A stretch of 55,158 nucleotides of DNA, the filler included, from Platydemus manokwari (taxonomy: Eukaryota): NCBI GenBank assembly GCA_037951405.1. It is 4 parts of 4 records of this genome, joined end to end, with 100 filler letters (N's around TTAATTAATTAA, not from the genome) between each part and the next. Parts side by side here need not be neighbours in the genome. Positions count along the whole stretch, not along the records: positions 36,781 to 55,158 come from JBBMOY010422221.1; 3 more parts are not named here. One strand, written 5' to 3'. Below, in pieces: positions 36,858 through 51,800 of the stretch; positions within the stretch are counted from its first letter, which is position 1, and the number at the start of each line of letters is the position of its first letter. The notes under the pieces are model-generated. The model searched no databases and was not told the origin of the DNA. It saw only the letters and a list, made by a program, of their open reading frames with translations. A program made the position numbers and the translations under genes.

Positions 36858-39800
36858 CTTTATCCAATTGGATATGCTTGGATGGTTTAGAATATTCTCC
36901 TGGTCCATTTTTATTAACAGCTCTAACTCTAAAAACTATTTCAGAAGAAGATGGCAAATTTTCTAAAGTTGAAGATAAATCAGAAGTTTGTAAACAAGGT
37001 TTCCATTTGGTTTGAGAAGACTCCTTCATTTCTACTTCATATGTTTCTACTGATCCATGAAAATCAGATTTTTCTGGAGCAGTCCACGAAATATCTGCAT
37101 TTGTTAAGCCTTTTGGAGTTAAATTTGGTATCCCTGGAATACCTGGAACTAATTTATCTTGTAAAATTGGTACTATCATATTTGTTGGAGTGCTAAAAGG
37201 GCCTTCTCCGGCTTTATTAGTTGCAGCAACTCGAAATTGAACTTTTATTGTTGGTTTTAATGATTTTACAACACATGAGTTCGAGATAGGGTTGTTATCA
37301 GTCATGTCTATCGAAATTGGATTCCATTTTGAGCCTGGTGTTTCTGGTTTTTTCTCTACTATATATTTTGTGATCGGTGATCCTCCATCTTTTAACGGAG
37401 AATTCCATGTTAATTTAACCTCACCTAAATCAGTCGGATTTGCCGTTAATTCTGTTGGAGCATCTGGAACACTAAATAAATATTTAGCTGCTATAGTTCC
37501 AGTCTCCACGAAATCTGATTGACCAAAGTTATTCTTGGCTGCTACACCAAATACATATTTTTTATCTACTGTTAAGTTAGCTATTTCATAAATAAGTTCT
37601 TTTGTTACTCCCAGAGGAATATCATTTCGTTTTGTGACTTCTCTCATTTGAACAACGTATTCCACCAAACCAGTTTCAATAATTTGATAGTCTGGTCTAT
37701 CTTTTTCACTAATCGGTTGTTTCCAATCAATAACAATAGTGTCTCCCCTGTTATCAATCACTTTCAAATCTGTTGGCTTGCTCGGTTTATCAAGGATTAT
37801 AACTTCTATAGACACATCCAATTGCCCAAATTCATTATTAATATTTACATTATATATTCCTTCATCATCTGGTTTTACTTTTGCCAATGATAACGAAGTT
37901 AAGCCTGCTAAAGCGATATCTGAACGGAATCTTGGTGTTACAATACGATTGGTAATTTTAGATTTAAAAGTCCAAGTTATTTTTGGTTTTGGATAAGCAA
38001 CAAATGGTACTTCTATAACTGAAGAACTATTGACTTTCAAAACAATTCTATCAGTTAATTTTGTATTATCCAGGAGCTTAGGGGCAACTAATAATTGTGT
38101 CATTAGTTAATAAAATTCTAATAAATTATACCTTCCATTTTTACTGTAGCTTCCGATGATAATTGTAGAATACTAAATTTATATGTACCGATATCGTCCT
38201 TTGTCACATTCTTAATTGTAAGATAGTATTTATTATCTTTCACAGTAAATTCAATATTTTTGTTTGGAACAAGTGGAATACCATCTTTTAACCAAGCATA
38301 CTTTTCAACTGACTTTGATAATTCACACATTAGAGTAGCGGTATCTGGTAGACTTTTAATGGCTACATTTTGAAGTGGCGTGACAATTTTTGGAAATGAT
38401 TCTTAAAATTTATGAGGTAAGTGATTATAAATAATATATAAACTAACCTATAATTAATTTATTGGAAGGATTCGACGGATTACTTAGACCGAATGGATTT
38501 ACTGCGACTAGCCGAAATTCATAAGTCAAATCTTCCAATATCGAATTGGTTTGTAATGTACATAATTGTTTATTAACATTGAAATCTGCATTAACATCAC
38601 TCCAATCAGTATCTTCATTGGATTTTAGTTGTAAAATGTAACTAGTAATAGGTTCTTTATTGCCAAAAGGTATCTGCCATTTAATTACAATGGAATTCGG
38701 GCCTTTGATTTTTGTACTACTTTTATCAAGAATTGCAGTCACATTAATTGGAGATCCCGAGACTTCACCGAATTCCGTTTTTATTGTTTTATCAGCTTCC
38801 ACATTAGTGCTCGAATAATCTAAATTAGTTCATTTTTTAAATATTTCAAATAATAATTGTTGAATAATAAAATGTTTCCAGTTCAAACCTGTAATTAGTT
38901 ATGTAAAAATAGACAGAAGTGGTTTACAAAGCAAACAACGAAATGCGATATTTAATAATTTGGTATATATGCTTACGAGTATATAAATTAATTTCAAAAT
39001 AATGACACTTAAAATGAGAAAAATTATTCCTATTAAAGTACATCTTAAAATTCAAATATCAAAACAATGGGAAAACCTTCATCATTAAAAGTGATTAAAA
39101 TTAAACCACCATTGCTAAGTGGAATAATACGAAATATAAATATTATCCAATATTAAAATTATCAAATTATACAAATTGTTATTGTTATTAAATCTAAAAA
39201 TATTTCACTAATATAATCTAACCCGTATCTTCAAGGTTCAAATTGAAATCAGTATATTGATCAGCAACATCCTGAGGAATCTTTTCTGTTTTCAGCAGCT
39301 TTTGAGCTTCTTTCTTCAATTCTGGTTTCTTTTCTGTTTTAACTTCAGGAAACTTTTCAGTTTCTTTCTTTAATTCAGGTTTCTGATCTAGTTTCACGTC
39401 AGGAAGCTTTTCAGATTCTTTTGTAATTTCCGCTTTTTGTGATATTGACTCTTGTGGTATTTCTGGTTTAATTCCAAGATCAGCTTCAACAATACTTTCT
39501 TTATGTTCATCAATATCATCTAGATCTAAATGGAACTCAGCTTCTTGTTCAGCAATAATATCAGGAACATTTTCATCTTCTTTCTTTAAATCCGCTTTCT
39601 GTTCAAGTTTAATCTCCGGAACTTTTTCAACTTCTTTCTTCAATTCTGGCTTCTGTTCCATTTTAACTTCTGGAACCTTTTCAGTTTCTTTCTTCAATTC
39701 AGGTTTTTGATCTATTTTAAGATCTGGAACTTTATCATCATCTTTCTTCAATTCAGGCTTCTGTTCTGCTTTATCTTCAGGAACCTTTTCAGATTCTTTT

Positions 39801-42800
39801 CTCATTTCGTCTTTTTGTGATATTGACTTTTGTGGTATTTCTGGTTTAATTTCAAGATCAGCTTCTACAATACTTTCTTTATGTTCATCAATATCATCTA
39901 GATCTAAGTGGAACTCAGCTTCTTGCTCAACAACATTTTCTTGAATCTCTATATTGTCTTTCTTCATTTCTACTTTCTTGTCTGATAACACGCTCACAGT
40001 TGTGGCAGTTTCACTATATGCATATTCATTTTCTATTTTACAAACATAATTTCCCGCGAATTCTGTAGTAATTTTATGGAGTATCAGTTTACATACACCA
40101 TCATCATTATTTTCGATTTCACAAATATTAGAATCTTCCAATATTTCATTATCTAGAAACCACATAACCTTTGTATTCGGATTTTTTAAGATACTGCACT
40201 GAAGTACTAAGTCATTGTTTTCTATTATTGATATATCTTTAGGTAATTGTTTCATAATTACTGGAGCCAGATTTATATCAGATAAATCTGCATTCTGATC
40301 CTTTGTTTTTATTAAGTCTTCTTTTTCAAATGATGCATCGACCGTTTCATTATCACTGTCTCTTTGTTCGAAACTCTCGTCTAAAGTTGAATAACTAACA
40401 AATTTTAATTTCAAACAAACATACTTTTTACAGTTACTAGGCTTGAAGTTGATATACTTCTCTCTCTAGATGATGCTTTGCAAAGATATTTTCCAGAATC
40501 TTCATCCTCGACTTCAGCAATCATCAGAATGCATTTACCATAATCGTACGTTACCGCGACGTGTTCGTTTGATATCACTGGAGTCAAATTCTAATAAAAT
40601 TATGTAAATAATTATAAAATTAAAAGGAAGTCACCTTAAACCATTCTATGGTAATATCTGTGGTTGGTGTAATTTCACATTCGAGAAGTAGAGATTGACC
40701 AACATTTAGTGTCGTATCAAGTAATTCTTTCACAAAGAAAATTTCTCTATTAGACTTTGCGAACTGTAAAATAGTCGAATTCAATTCAGGTTCGACAAGT
40801 TCAGCAATGTCACTGTCGAAAGATTCATTACTATCCGATATTATATCCAGAACTTGTTTTTCATTAATGACATTGACATGGCTTTGTTGCTCACTAAATT
40901 GAGCGGTATCAAAGTCAGGTCCCGAAGTTTTGGATTGCTTTAATTCCATAAAATTACTATCATCAAAATCTTCATATTCCAAACTTTCAGTTAAAGAATC
41001 AAAACTCTCAGTTAAAATATCTTCCAGAACGATTGCATCTTTAATTTGTATTTTATCTTTTTGTAAAATTAGTTCGTGACGATCATCCAAATAAGAATCA
41101 CCCAATCCATCATCAGCTTCCATTTCTTCCGTTTCATCTATTTTCAATTGATTTTCAAAAGAATGGGAATTTGATTCACTACTATCCAGGTCCAATTCTA
41201 AATCTGCAATATTTTCAGATACAATATTTGTTCGTAAATCGTCTACCACATAGGTTAAAACATTTATATCAATTGGAATATTTTCAGCTTCTTTCAATTC
41301 AATTGTTTGTGTCATTACCTCTTGCACGTTCTCTGGTTTAGTTTCAAGTTCAAATTCAACAATGCTTTCTCTATGTTCATCAATATCACCTAGTTCTAAA
41401 TGGAACTCAGCGCCTTGTTCAGCAAAGATATCCGTAAATATTTCAACTTCTTCCTTCAACTCAACTTTCTGAACAGGTTTAATCTCTGGAGCCATTTCAG
41501 TTTCTTTCTTCAATTCAGGTTTCTGTTCTGCTTTAACTTCTGGCACTATTTCAGTTTCTTTGTTCAATTCAGGTTTGTCTTCTATTTTAACTTCGGGAAT
41601 TTTTTCTATTTCTTTCTTTAATTCAGGCTTTCTTTCCACTTTTACTTCAGGAAGCTTTTCCGATTCTTTTGTTATTTCCGCTTTGTGTGATATTAACTCT
41701 TGTGGTATTTCTGGTTTAATTTCAAGATCAGCTTCCACAATACTTTCTTTATGTTCATCAATATCATCTAGATCTAAGTGGAACTCAGCTTCTTGTTCAG
41801 CAACAATCTCAGGAATATTTTTATCTTCTTTCTTTAAATCCGCTTTCTGTTCAACTTTAATCTCTGGAACTATTTCAGCTTCTTTCTTTAATTCAGGTTT
41901 CTGTTCCATTTTAACTTCTGGAACTTTTTCAGTTTCTTTCTTCAATTCAGGCTTCTGATCTAGTTTCAATCCAACATCGTGTTTTTCTTTAATCTGTGGA
42001 ACTTCAATTTTTTCTAAATTTTCATCAATACTCGATTCTATAACAAGTTCCTCTTTTATAACTGACTTCGAATTTTCAATATATTCTTCTACAATAGTTT
42101 TTTTGCACATTTCGAAGTCAACGGCAGTTTCAATATCAGAAACAAAAATCTGCTTTACTGATTTCATTTGTTCTAAAACAATAACCTCAGTTTTATTTTC
42201 CAGGTCATTATTGGAAATAACTTGGTCAGCAATATTCTCGATAATTTCCGTGCTTATGTCATTAGATTCATTTAAATCTATCATTTCGATTTGTTCAATT
42301 ATTGTTGAAGTTACTCTAACTTTTTCACTACCAGTTACAATAGTCGTTAGAGGGAAAATTGTAGATTCTTCTGCATAGAAATCAACGGACTTATCGTCTA
42401 AAATTTCGGATTGCTCAGTAACATTTTGGATAACTTTTTCGAAATATTTAATTTCTTCAACTTTTTCTTCTAACTTTATCTCACTTAGTAGTTCTTCATT
42501 AATTTCTTGAGTTTCATATTCATCATTTATTTCAACTTTAGTGTCGACAATCTGTATTTCTTTTACATTATCAATTATTAATTCTGCTTCAATATCTATT
42601 TTCTCTTCATCAGATAATTCGATTTCAAATTCAACAGACTCATCAACAGATTCCTCTCTCTCGATGGTTTCTTCCATAATACTCTCTTCCGGTTTATCAG
42701 TTTTCACATCTAATTTGGATTCAATAATATCATATTCTTTTCCAATTTCGCTTTTCTGTAAATTATCTTCCAACTGATGTATTATTGATTCTTCGGCTGT

Positions 42801-45800
42801 GGTGTCGTCAATTACAACCTGCATCTCTTCAACTTCTTTTTTATCTAAAATTTTGTTTTGTTCAATTACTGTAACTAATACATTTTGTAAGTTACTTTCA
42901 TCTGAAATCATTTTGGATTCAACAGATTTAATTATATCTTCCTCAATTACATCTATAACTTTATCTTCTAAGATTATAGATTGTTCTGGAATGCTTTGGA
43001 TGACTTTCTCAAAACATTCGCTGTCTTCCATTTTTTCATCTAATTTAATTTCAGTTGGTCCTTCATCAATTTCTTTCACTGCTTCATCACTTATTTCGAT
43101 ACTCGTGATAGTCTCTTCAATACCTTTACTTTGATCAATAACATATTTTTCTTCGTTGGTAAGTTCTATTTGAGAATAATCATCAACAGAAACATTCAGA
43201 GGCTTATCCTTTGTATCCAATTTAGTTTCAATAATTTCGAATTTCTTGACAAATTCAATTTTTTGACTTGTTTGTGGTACTAAAGATACTTTGTTAATTT
43301 TACTCTGTTCAGTTTCCAAAATCAATTCAACCGATTCACTTGTATAAGCTTGTTCATTTTGTTCTAAAACTTCATTGGTAAACCTCTTTTCTATTTGGAT
43401 TTCTTCTTTATATTCAGATGCTTTAATTTCGAAAATATCATCTTCCACTTTATTGGTTTCTTTTATTTCCACTATTTTAGACTGTTCAAAATCTTCAACG
43501 AGTGTTAAATCTGATTTTACCAAAGCCTCATCTGCTTTTTTCTCTTCAATAATATCAATTAAGTCATCGGTTTCCATTACTTCAGTGGATTCACTTTGTT
43601 CTACAACTTCAGTAGCCAATTTTGTTTTTAATTCAGATTTCACAATTGTTTCTAGCACTTTATTTTCTTCAATTTCGTCAACAAACTGTTCAATATTGCT
43701 CTCTTCTATATGATCGGTTTGCTCAACGGCATTTGAAGAAATCTCTTTCGATAATGATTCTTCTACAGATTCATTAATTTGATATTTTTCGATGTCGATG
43801 TTAATTTCAGTAGCTTCTTTTTCATCAATTAACTGAATCTGTTCCGTGATTTTAGTGTCCAATTTTATTTCAAGTTCAGATTTCACAACAGATTCTTCGA
43901 CATTATTTTCTTCAATTTCTTCCACAATTTCTTCAACCTGATTTTCTTCTATATTAACACTTTGTTCTATAACTTCAGTGAAAGAAATATCATGTGGTTT
44001 CAATGCTTCAATATTTTCTTCAGCTTTTATTTCTACAATATTAATTTCAGATTGATTGATCTCTTTTAATTCAACATGATCAACATCTTCGGTTAATAAT
44101 TTAATGTTTGCTTCTGGTTTTACAATACATTCCACCGCTACATTGGTACTATCATTAACTAATTCTTCAAGTTGACTTTCCTCTAATTTGTTACTTTGTT
44201 CCATGACTTTAGAAACTTTATTAATTTCAACATTAGAATCTTCAATAATTTCATTAACTTGTAATTCTTCAAATTCAACTTCTGATTCAACTTTTTCACA
44301 TTCAATTAATTCTAACTGTTCCACAGCTTTCGTAAATGATTTGACCGACTCTACTTTGGTTTCATCAACATCTTCACATGACAATTCAATTTGGGTTACT
44401 TCACTTTTTTCACTTTTTTGATCACTTTTTTCTACAAGTTTCGTAGTTGGCCTTTCTTCATATTTAATTTCTTCAATATCTTCATAAACCTTTGCTTCAT
44501 CAATGTCATTCTCTAGTTCACTAACCTCTTCGTTTGTCGTGTCATCATCTTGGATCTTAACAGAAATCTCTGATAGCTTTTCTTGTTCCAATTTTCGAAT
44601 TTCAATTTCAACTTTTTGAGAGGAAGCTTCATCTTTCTTAATGTCTTTATCAATGTCAAATGTTATTTTCTTTGTAGATTTGATTACTTCAACAGCATCA
44701 GACTTTTTTATTGTTAATTCTTCAGGAATTTCGATTTCAAGTATTTCAGGATGATCAATCATTGAATATTCTTCTAATCCTGATTCTGATATTGATGATT
44801 CTTCCATTTCACTAATTGCATCAGTATCTTTAATTTTCAATATATTCATTTCCTCTCCTTCAATTAAATAAATATCCTCGTATATGGATGTTACAGAACT
44901 TCTTGGGGAATATAATTCCATGGTCACTGAATCTGCAAAAGTTACTTTTGGCCCTGGTTTATATGTTTCCACTAACTCATATGACTGCAATTCAACAATA
45001 TTTACTGGTAACTGTGCTTCTTCAAAATCCTGTACGACAATATTTTCCGCATAGAGTTCTTCAATTTTTGCTGTTTGTGACTTTTCTAGCTTTTCTTCAA
45101 TTTTTTCTATCGGTTTGGTCTCTATAATAATCTCTTTGGATGAAATTTCAGTTTTTTCATCCGTTTTTATTTGAATAATTACTTCTTCGTGAACATCATC
45201 AGATATATATTCGTACTCATCGACAACGACTTCCGTTTCCGTTTCAGCTACTCCATAGGTATTTCGTGCTACACATTTATAAAGACCAGCATCTTCTGGG
45301 AAAGCTTCAGCAATTATTAATGTACACTCTCCACTCTTTATGTCGTAAAGAATCTTCAATTCATCGTTTGATTCAACTACCTCATTATTATGATACCATA
45401 TAGTTTTTTGTGGCATGGGTGATGCTCTTACAACACAGGACAGAAAGATCTTCGTTCCATCCATGACACTAAGAGGAGACAAATCTTTTATGAACGACGG
45501 AGCTTCAGCCACTTCTACCGGAATATCATACTGATCATTCTCTGCAGGTTTCGTATCATCAACGTCATCTTCAATGAATGTAAATGAAACTTCATTATCA
45601 TCAGATACATCTGGATTTTCTTTGATTTCTGATTTGGATTGCGATATTTCGACTTTTAAATCTTTATCTAAAAATTTAAAAACATCAAGTTTAAATAGAT
45701 TATTAATTTAAAATTAATCATACCAGATGTTATAACGGTAACAAATGTAGCAGTTTCAGTTTCGTCAGCCTCTGATTTGATCGTGCACATATATTCACCA

Positions 45801-48800
45801 GTGTCGTCTTCGTTTAGATTTAAAACTGTGAGAGTACATATTTGGACTTCAGGTATAATTGCTATGTGAATTCTGGATGATTCTGTTAATTCGGTATCAT
45901 CCAATGTCCATTTTATCATTGCTGGACCTTCACATTCATAACAACATTCCAAACTAAATGAAAATAATCGTGATTATCGAAATTATTAATGCACAAAATT
46001 AAAACCAATCATCTAAAAAGACCAAGAAAAACAATAGATACTTTTACAAACAATTTGATGTCATGAGTTTCATAAATCAAAGCAGTTTTTAAAATAATAA
46101 CCTGAAGCTAAGCTTCAGTGGAAAATCACTTCGAATTTGATTGTGTCAAAATGTGAAAATAAATTGGGTGACAAACGATTATCTTAGACTTGCAATTTGA
46201 AACCTATCTTAATCCATAGGATCATAAAAAAATGAATGTTATAAATATTTATAATTTCAATGTGCTTTAATGTATTAGATGGTATGATATACACCAAAGC
46301 ATTATTTATAAAACACTTGAATTATTTGTGCTTTGAGAAACATTAAGTTTTCTTGTAGAAAATTAGCACATTTTGAATAAAATAAACTTTGTGCACCAAT
46401 AAAAAATCACAAATTAATTTTAGAACAAATATTTATAATAAAATGACAGCAAAATGTTTACAGATTCAAGTGTCAAATATAACTTTTTGATTCTCAGTTA
46501 TTTTCACATGAAACAGGAATAAACTGATTCACATGATTCAAAGTTAACTTATCATTTTATGAATCAAGTATAATGTTTCTTGTTTTCTATCAACACATTA
46601 ACATAGCTCTTTTATATGAATTTTAATTATTGGTACGGGAAATATTTTATAAAATAATTTTGAATGACAAATTTAGGAATGTTTGATTTGTACTAGACAA
46701 AATACGTCTGAAGAATGTTTATAAATAATTTCCTGAGAACATGAATCAAAAGATTTTGTTTAAATCTTATTAAAATAAGTAAATAAAGTTTAAGTAAGTA
46801 ACGTAAAGTTTAAGAATTTACTTTAAAGTTTCTCCAACTAATTTGGCTATTTCTGGCTCCAATTCAGTTTTAAATCTAACTTTTTTGACTTCGGTTGAAT
46901 CAATCAATTGTTTGTCATCTGTTACATCAGTAACTGAAGCCTCGTTCATATCTTCATCATTTTCGTCAAGAATAATAGTGAATTCTTCAATCAATTCTGT
47001 ATTTTCAACAAAAACCATTTCAGAATCATTAATTTCTGATTGGCTTATAACATTTGTTGTATATTCTGAACTATCTACGGTGTCTACATCTTTATTGATT
47101 ATTTCAAAATTGTCTTCTGCTGATTCTTTAAGTTCAGGTTCCTTCAAATCCATTGGCTTTGTTAATTCTACGATTTTATCACTTTCCATATCTTGTGACT
47201 TCTCTGTTTGAATTTCGACTATTTCTTGAGATGTTTTCATACTATCATCTGATTGTTTTTCCAAATCAGTATTTTCCTTAACACGAAGACATGCCACTGA
47301 TTGAGCTTTACCATGGACATTAGATACTTGACATCTATATAAACCATCGTCATCAGGGAAAATTTCGTTTATAACTAAAGTTGCTAATTTCTTATCTTCA
47401 TCAAAAAGAATTTTAAAATCATCCACGTAGGTAACATTTTCTTCATCATGATACCATGTAACTGTGAGAGGCATTTCCCCATCAACTTGACAAACGAATT
47501 TTGCGGTTTGGCCATCGAAAACGTCTAAATCGGATAAATGAGAAACTATAATAGGCTTGATTTGCTTCGGAGATGCCAATTCTTCTAGTTTACTTTCAGC
47601 GACTTCATTCTCCTGATCTTGTTTCGGTAAGGAAACATTAGCAGTAGAAACAGCTAGCACGTTAGGTTTGGATTCATCTGGTTGAATCATAACTTCTACA
47701 CGAACTTCTTTATCATTTTCAAATTCTTGCAACACTAGTTGACTTTTATTAATGTAGTTAGCTATGGCCATATTTTCATTGGATTCCACTTTCTTTCCGT
47801 CGACTACCCAGTCAATGTGAGCTGGTAAATGACTTGATACCCAACATTCTAGCATTGTTGCGTGGTGTTCTGGTACTTGAATAATTTTATCTAAAGATTG
47901 AATAAATGTAATTGTAGTCTTTTGATCTACTAGATCATCTTCTAAGATTGGTTCCGATACTATTTCAGATATACTACTTATTTTTGAATGCGGATATATT
48001 GCTTCGACTTTTATTTCTTTTATTGATTCCAATGACTCTTTATCAACACTTAGCTGGCATTTATTATTATCTATTTGAATTGTGACAAGCTCATTCGGTA
48101 CAAGTTCCTTATTATCAGCAAACCATTTAAATTCTACCCTTTCGTTAATTGGTTGCAATTCACATTCAAATATTTGTGGAGATTTCGTCAATAGAACGGT
48201 CTTCGTAGGCAAACATCTTAGAAATTGAGGATTTATTTGAACAGTTTCTTTATATGTTGGTTTAACTTCAATATAACAAGATGATTTTATTTCCTCTTTA
48301 GGCGTTTTTATTTCTACTCTCAGTGTTGAGGCATTTAACAAATCAGTCTGGTGGACGATAATTTCCGATCTGAATTGTTCTGGAAATGTTTTTATTTCTA
48401 CTTCACCTGGTTTATTCAACAATAGTTCTTCATTCTTGAACCAATTTATTTCTATTGGTTGATTAAGAGGTAGAATTTCAGTTTCAAATACAAGAGTTGA
48501 GTCTTTTTCAATTGATCGATTAATTGGCAACGGTTTTTTGAAAACAAGTTTTTCCGTAATTTCTGAAGATTTTTCTGTTTGATCCGAATGTGTTGGAATC
48601 AGATCAACGTGGCATGTTGATAAAATTCGTGTTCCAGTTTCAGTGATTACTTCACATGTATAATTGGCAATATCATTGTGATCTAATAGGTTGACAATTA
48701 GCTCTGATTGACAATTATTTGGGATTTTTATTTCATACTTATTATTGGAATCCAATTTTATTCCGTTTGAATACCAATTGAACATTACCGGTTCTTTACT

Positions 48801-51800
48801 TTGAATCTCGACATTCATTCGAGCTTGTTCAGTTGGCTTATAAATTTGTTGAGGCTGTAAAGGCTTGGTAAAAATTGGAAACGTAACTTTATTGACATTA
48901 TTTTCTGTAACCTCAAATGGAATCATTTCTAGCACACAGGTTGAAACAAGTTTTCCATATTTACTATCAACCTCAACGCTGATTTCTCCCATGTGATTTT
49001 CATTAACTTCTTCAATAAATAAATGAGAATAAAACTGTCCAGTAGTTAATTGATAAAGCTTTTCTGATGGTTTCAAATCAATACCATTGATATACCATGT
49101 AAATGAAACTGGTTCATTAATAGGCTCTATTTCACACATGATTTTCAATGAATCTTTCAATTTCACACTCAACTTTTCTGGGAGAGGATTTTTGAACACT
49201 AATTTCATTGGTTGATCATATTTTAATACCGACTTTGTCATTGCCACTCCAATATCATTTTCTGCTCGCAGAATAAAATCCCCGTTATCAGATACATTGA
49301 TATTGTTAATTGTCAAAGTAGCTTGCCCATCTTCAGTTTCTTCAATATCATATTTGTCGCTATTGCTGATTTTCTGCCCATTGAAATACCAAGTAAGAAC
49401 TGGTTTGGGTGTTCCAATAACTTGACAAGTTAATCTGAAATATTAATATATTAATCAAAATCTCATTGAAATAGCTGTTGGTAAATATCAAGATAAAATA
49501 ACAAAGTAGCAAACTTACTTTGAAAGTTTTGTATCGACCTTTGGTGTTAATTTAGCAGGTAACTGCTTTACTACCTTTGGTGCTATAAATTCCACCTCTT
49601 CACTAATAGTGACGGAGCTTCGTGTAGATGAAGTATAATCAGCTGATAAATTATTAAACCGTAAGAATTTTCTAAGTCATTAGAAGGCTTACTTGTAACA
49701 ATCAGTTCCGTGGTGCAAGTAATTCTACCCAATTTGTTATAAGCTACAACAGTATATGTGGCAGAATCATCTTGGAACAACTCTTTGATGTACAGAGTAT
49801 GGATATCTCCATCAGTAAATAGCTGAATACGAAATGAACAAGTTAATTAATAAAACAATCTAAAATATGTGTACAAATTTTGTTTTATATTTTTTGAAAA
49901 CCTCAATTTTATTACGAATTATGAGTATGCCAAACTTTAATTCATCGTTAACAAATATCAAATTGGAATTTAGAATTTAATTATAAATCAAATATTACCT
50001 GGTAATCTGGCATATTTTCAATAAGAATACCATTCTTATACCATTCTAATGTTGGTTTAGGGTTGCCCTGAACATCAACAAGTAATTTGCAAGGTTCTCC
50101 CTCTTTCGCAGTCATAGTTGACTCCAATGACCTGATGAATTTCGGTGCATCTTCCTTCGGTATTTTATCACTTATTGTTAATGCCGAATCAAAAAGAGCT
50201 TCTCCTTCACTATTCACAGCTTTAATTGTATAAGTTCCTGCATCACGCATTTCCGTTCTGTCGATTATTATACTTGTTCGTTCATTATTATCTATGACAG
50301 CAATTCTTTCAGATTCTTGGATAGGTATGCCATTGTGAAACCAAGTGACCTCTGGCACTGATATTAATTATAATGCATTTATTAAAATAAATATGGAAAG
50401 AGCTACAAATCATATTCATCAAATCAAAAACATTACTAACACAGTTGAAATGCAAAATTTTAAATCAGAATAAAAATTATTATATCAATTTGATTTTAAG
50501 ATAACATTGTCAGAGTTAATACAGAAAATCCAATTATTACTGTTGATGCATATACCAGAACATGATAAAGATTTGTCATGATATATAGGGGTATAAAAAT
50601 AAATATTTGTCGTAATATATAAAAAATTACGAAATGAATGATTTAAAAATTCACCTGGATAACCGATTACACGAGCTTCAAAAATGGTTTTTGAATTTAA
50701 TTTTGCTGCAACATTCTTTGGTTTTTCAATAATAACAGGTTTTTGCAATGATTGAGAAATCACATCTGCTTGTTCTGATGATACTAAAATTAAATTTTAT
50801 CAAAATGACTTTCAATTTGTTTATATGAGATGGTTTTTACCAGTTACATTGAGGTGTGTTGTACATTGCACTTTACCAAATGGATTTTTAGCAATTAAAC
50901 AATAATCTCCAGTATCATCAGAAAAGGTTTCGTGAATATAAAGAGAAATAATGTTTCCATCACGAAACAACTGAATGAGATTTATAAATAAATATGATTA
51001 TAAATAAATTGATCTCTTACTTTGTAATCCGGATTTTTATCAATTAAGATACCATTCTTGTACCATTCCACCACTGGAGATGGAAAACCATCAATTTCAG
51101 CTAACAATTTTACCGAGTCTCCTTCCTTTACTTTTATTAATTTTTCGATTTCTCTTACGAATCTTGGCGGATTGGTCAATTTAGCTTGATCGACAGAAAT
51201 AGTAGCTTCACACGTGTCTTCACCAACACTATTACTAATTTTAAATTTATAAACACCAGCCTGATTCTTCTTTAGATTATTAATTGACAATGTATGAGTG
51301 TTGAGATGTGAAGAGCATTTAATGATTTTATTTCCAGTTATATCTTGACCATTGTGGAACCATTTCGTTGAGTAATCTAATTGAAATATTGAAATATCAT
51401 TAATTTGAAATAGCAATTCATTTTGAGTTCAATACAAAATTACTTCAAGATATTTTAATAAGAAAGTTTCTTCAGTTTTTTCACATTTATTTGTTAAAAC
51501 ATTTACCAAATTCATTGTTGGTATATAATTTGTAATAATCTTTAATTTAAAACTGATACTCACTTAACAATAATTAGTATTTTTAGACAATCGATAAATT
51601 TTATGGAAAAAGAAGAGTTTATAAATCATAATCAGAAGAAATATGATCAACACATCTTCATTTTAGGATTTCGAAAACTGAAGATATAAAGTAGCAATTG
51701 ATAACATTATATCAATGAAAAAATTTCAATTCAAGTAAGCCAAATTATCCAGCAAAATGATAATAATTTCGCTCGGTCTTCTCGATTCCTGTATCGGTCT

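Noticed and set aside
46101-46130. Candidate 27-nt microexon / palindrome CTGAAGCTAAGCTTCAG in a titin intron
   Set aside because: Weak acceptor, and inclusion would interrupt an Ig strand that reads well without it.
36951-47211. Numerous plus-strand Ser/Ile/Phe-rich ORFs
   Set aside because: Antisense shadows of the Glu/Lys-rich titin-like exons; no independent motifs.
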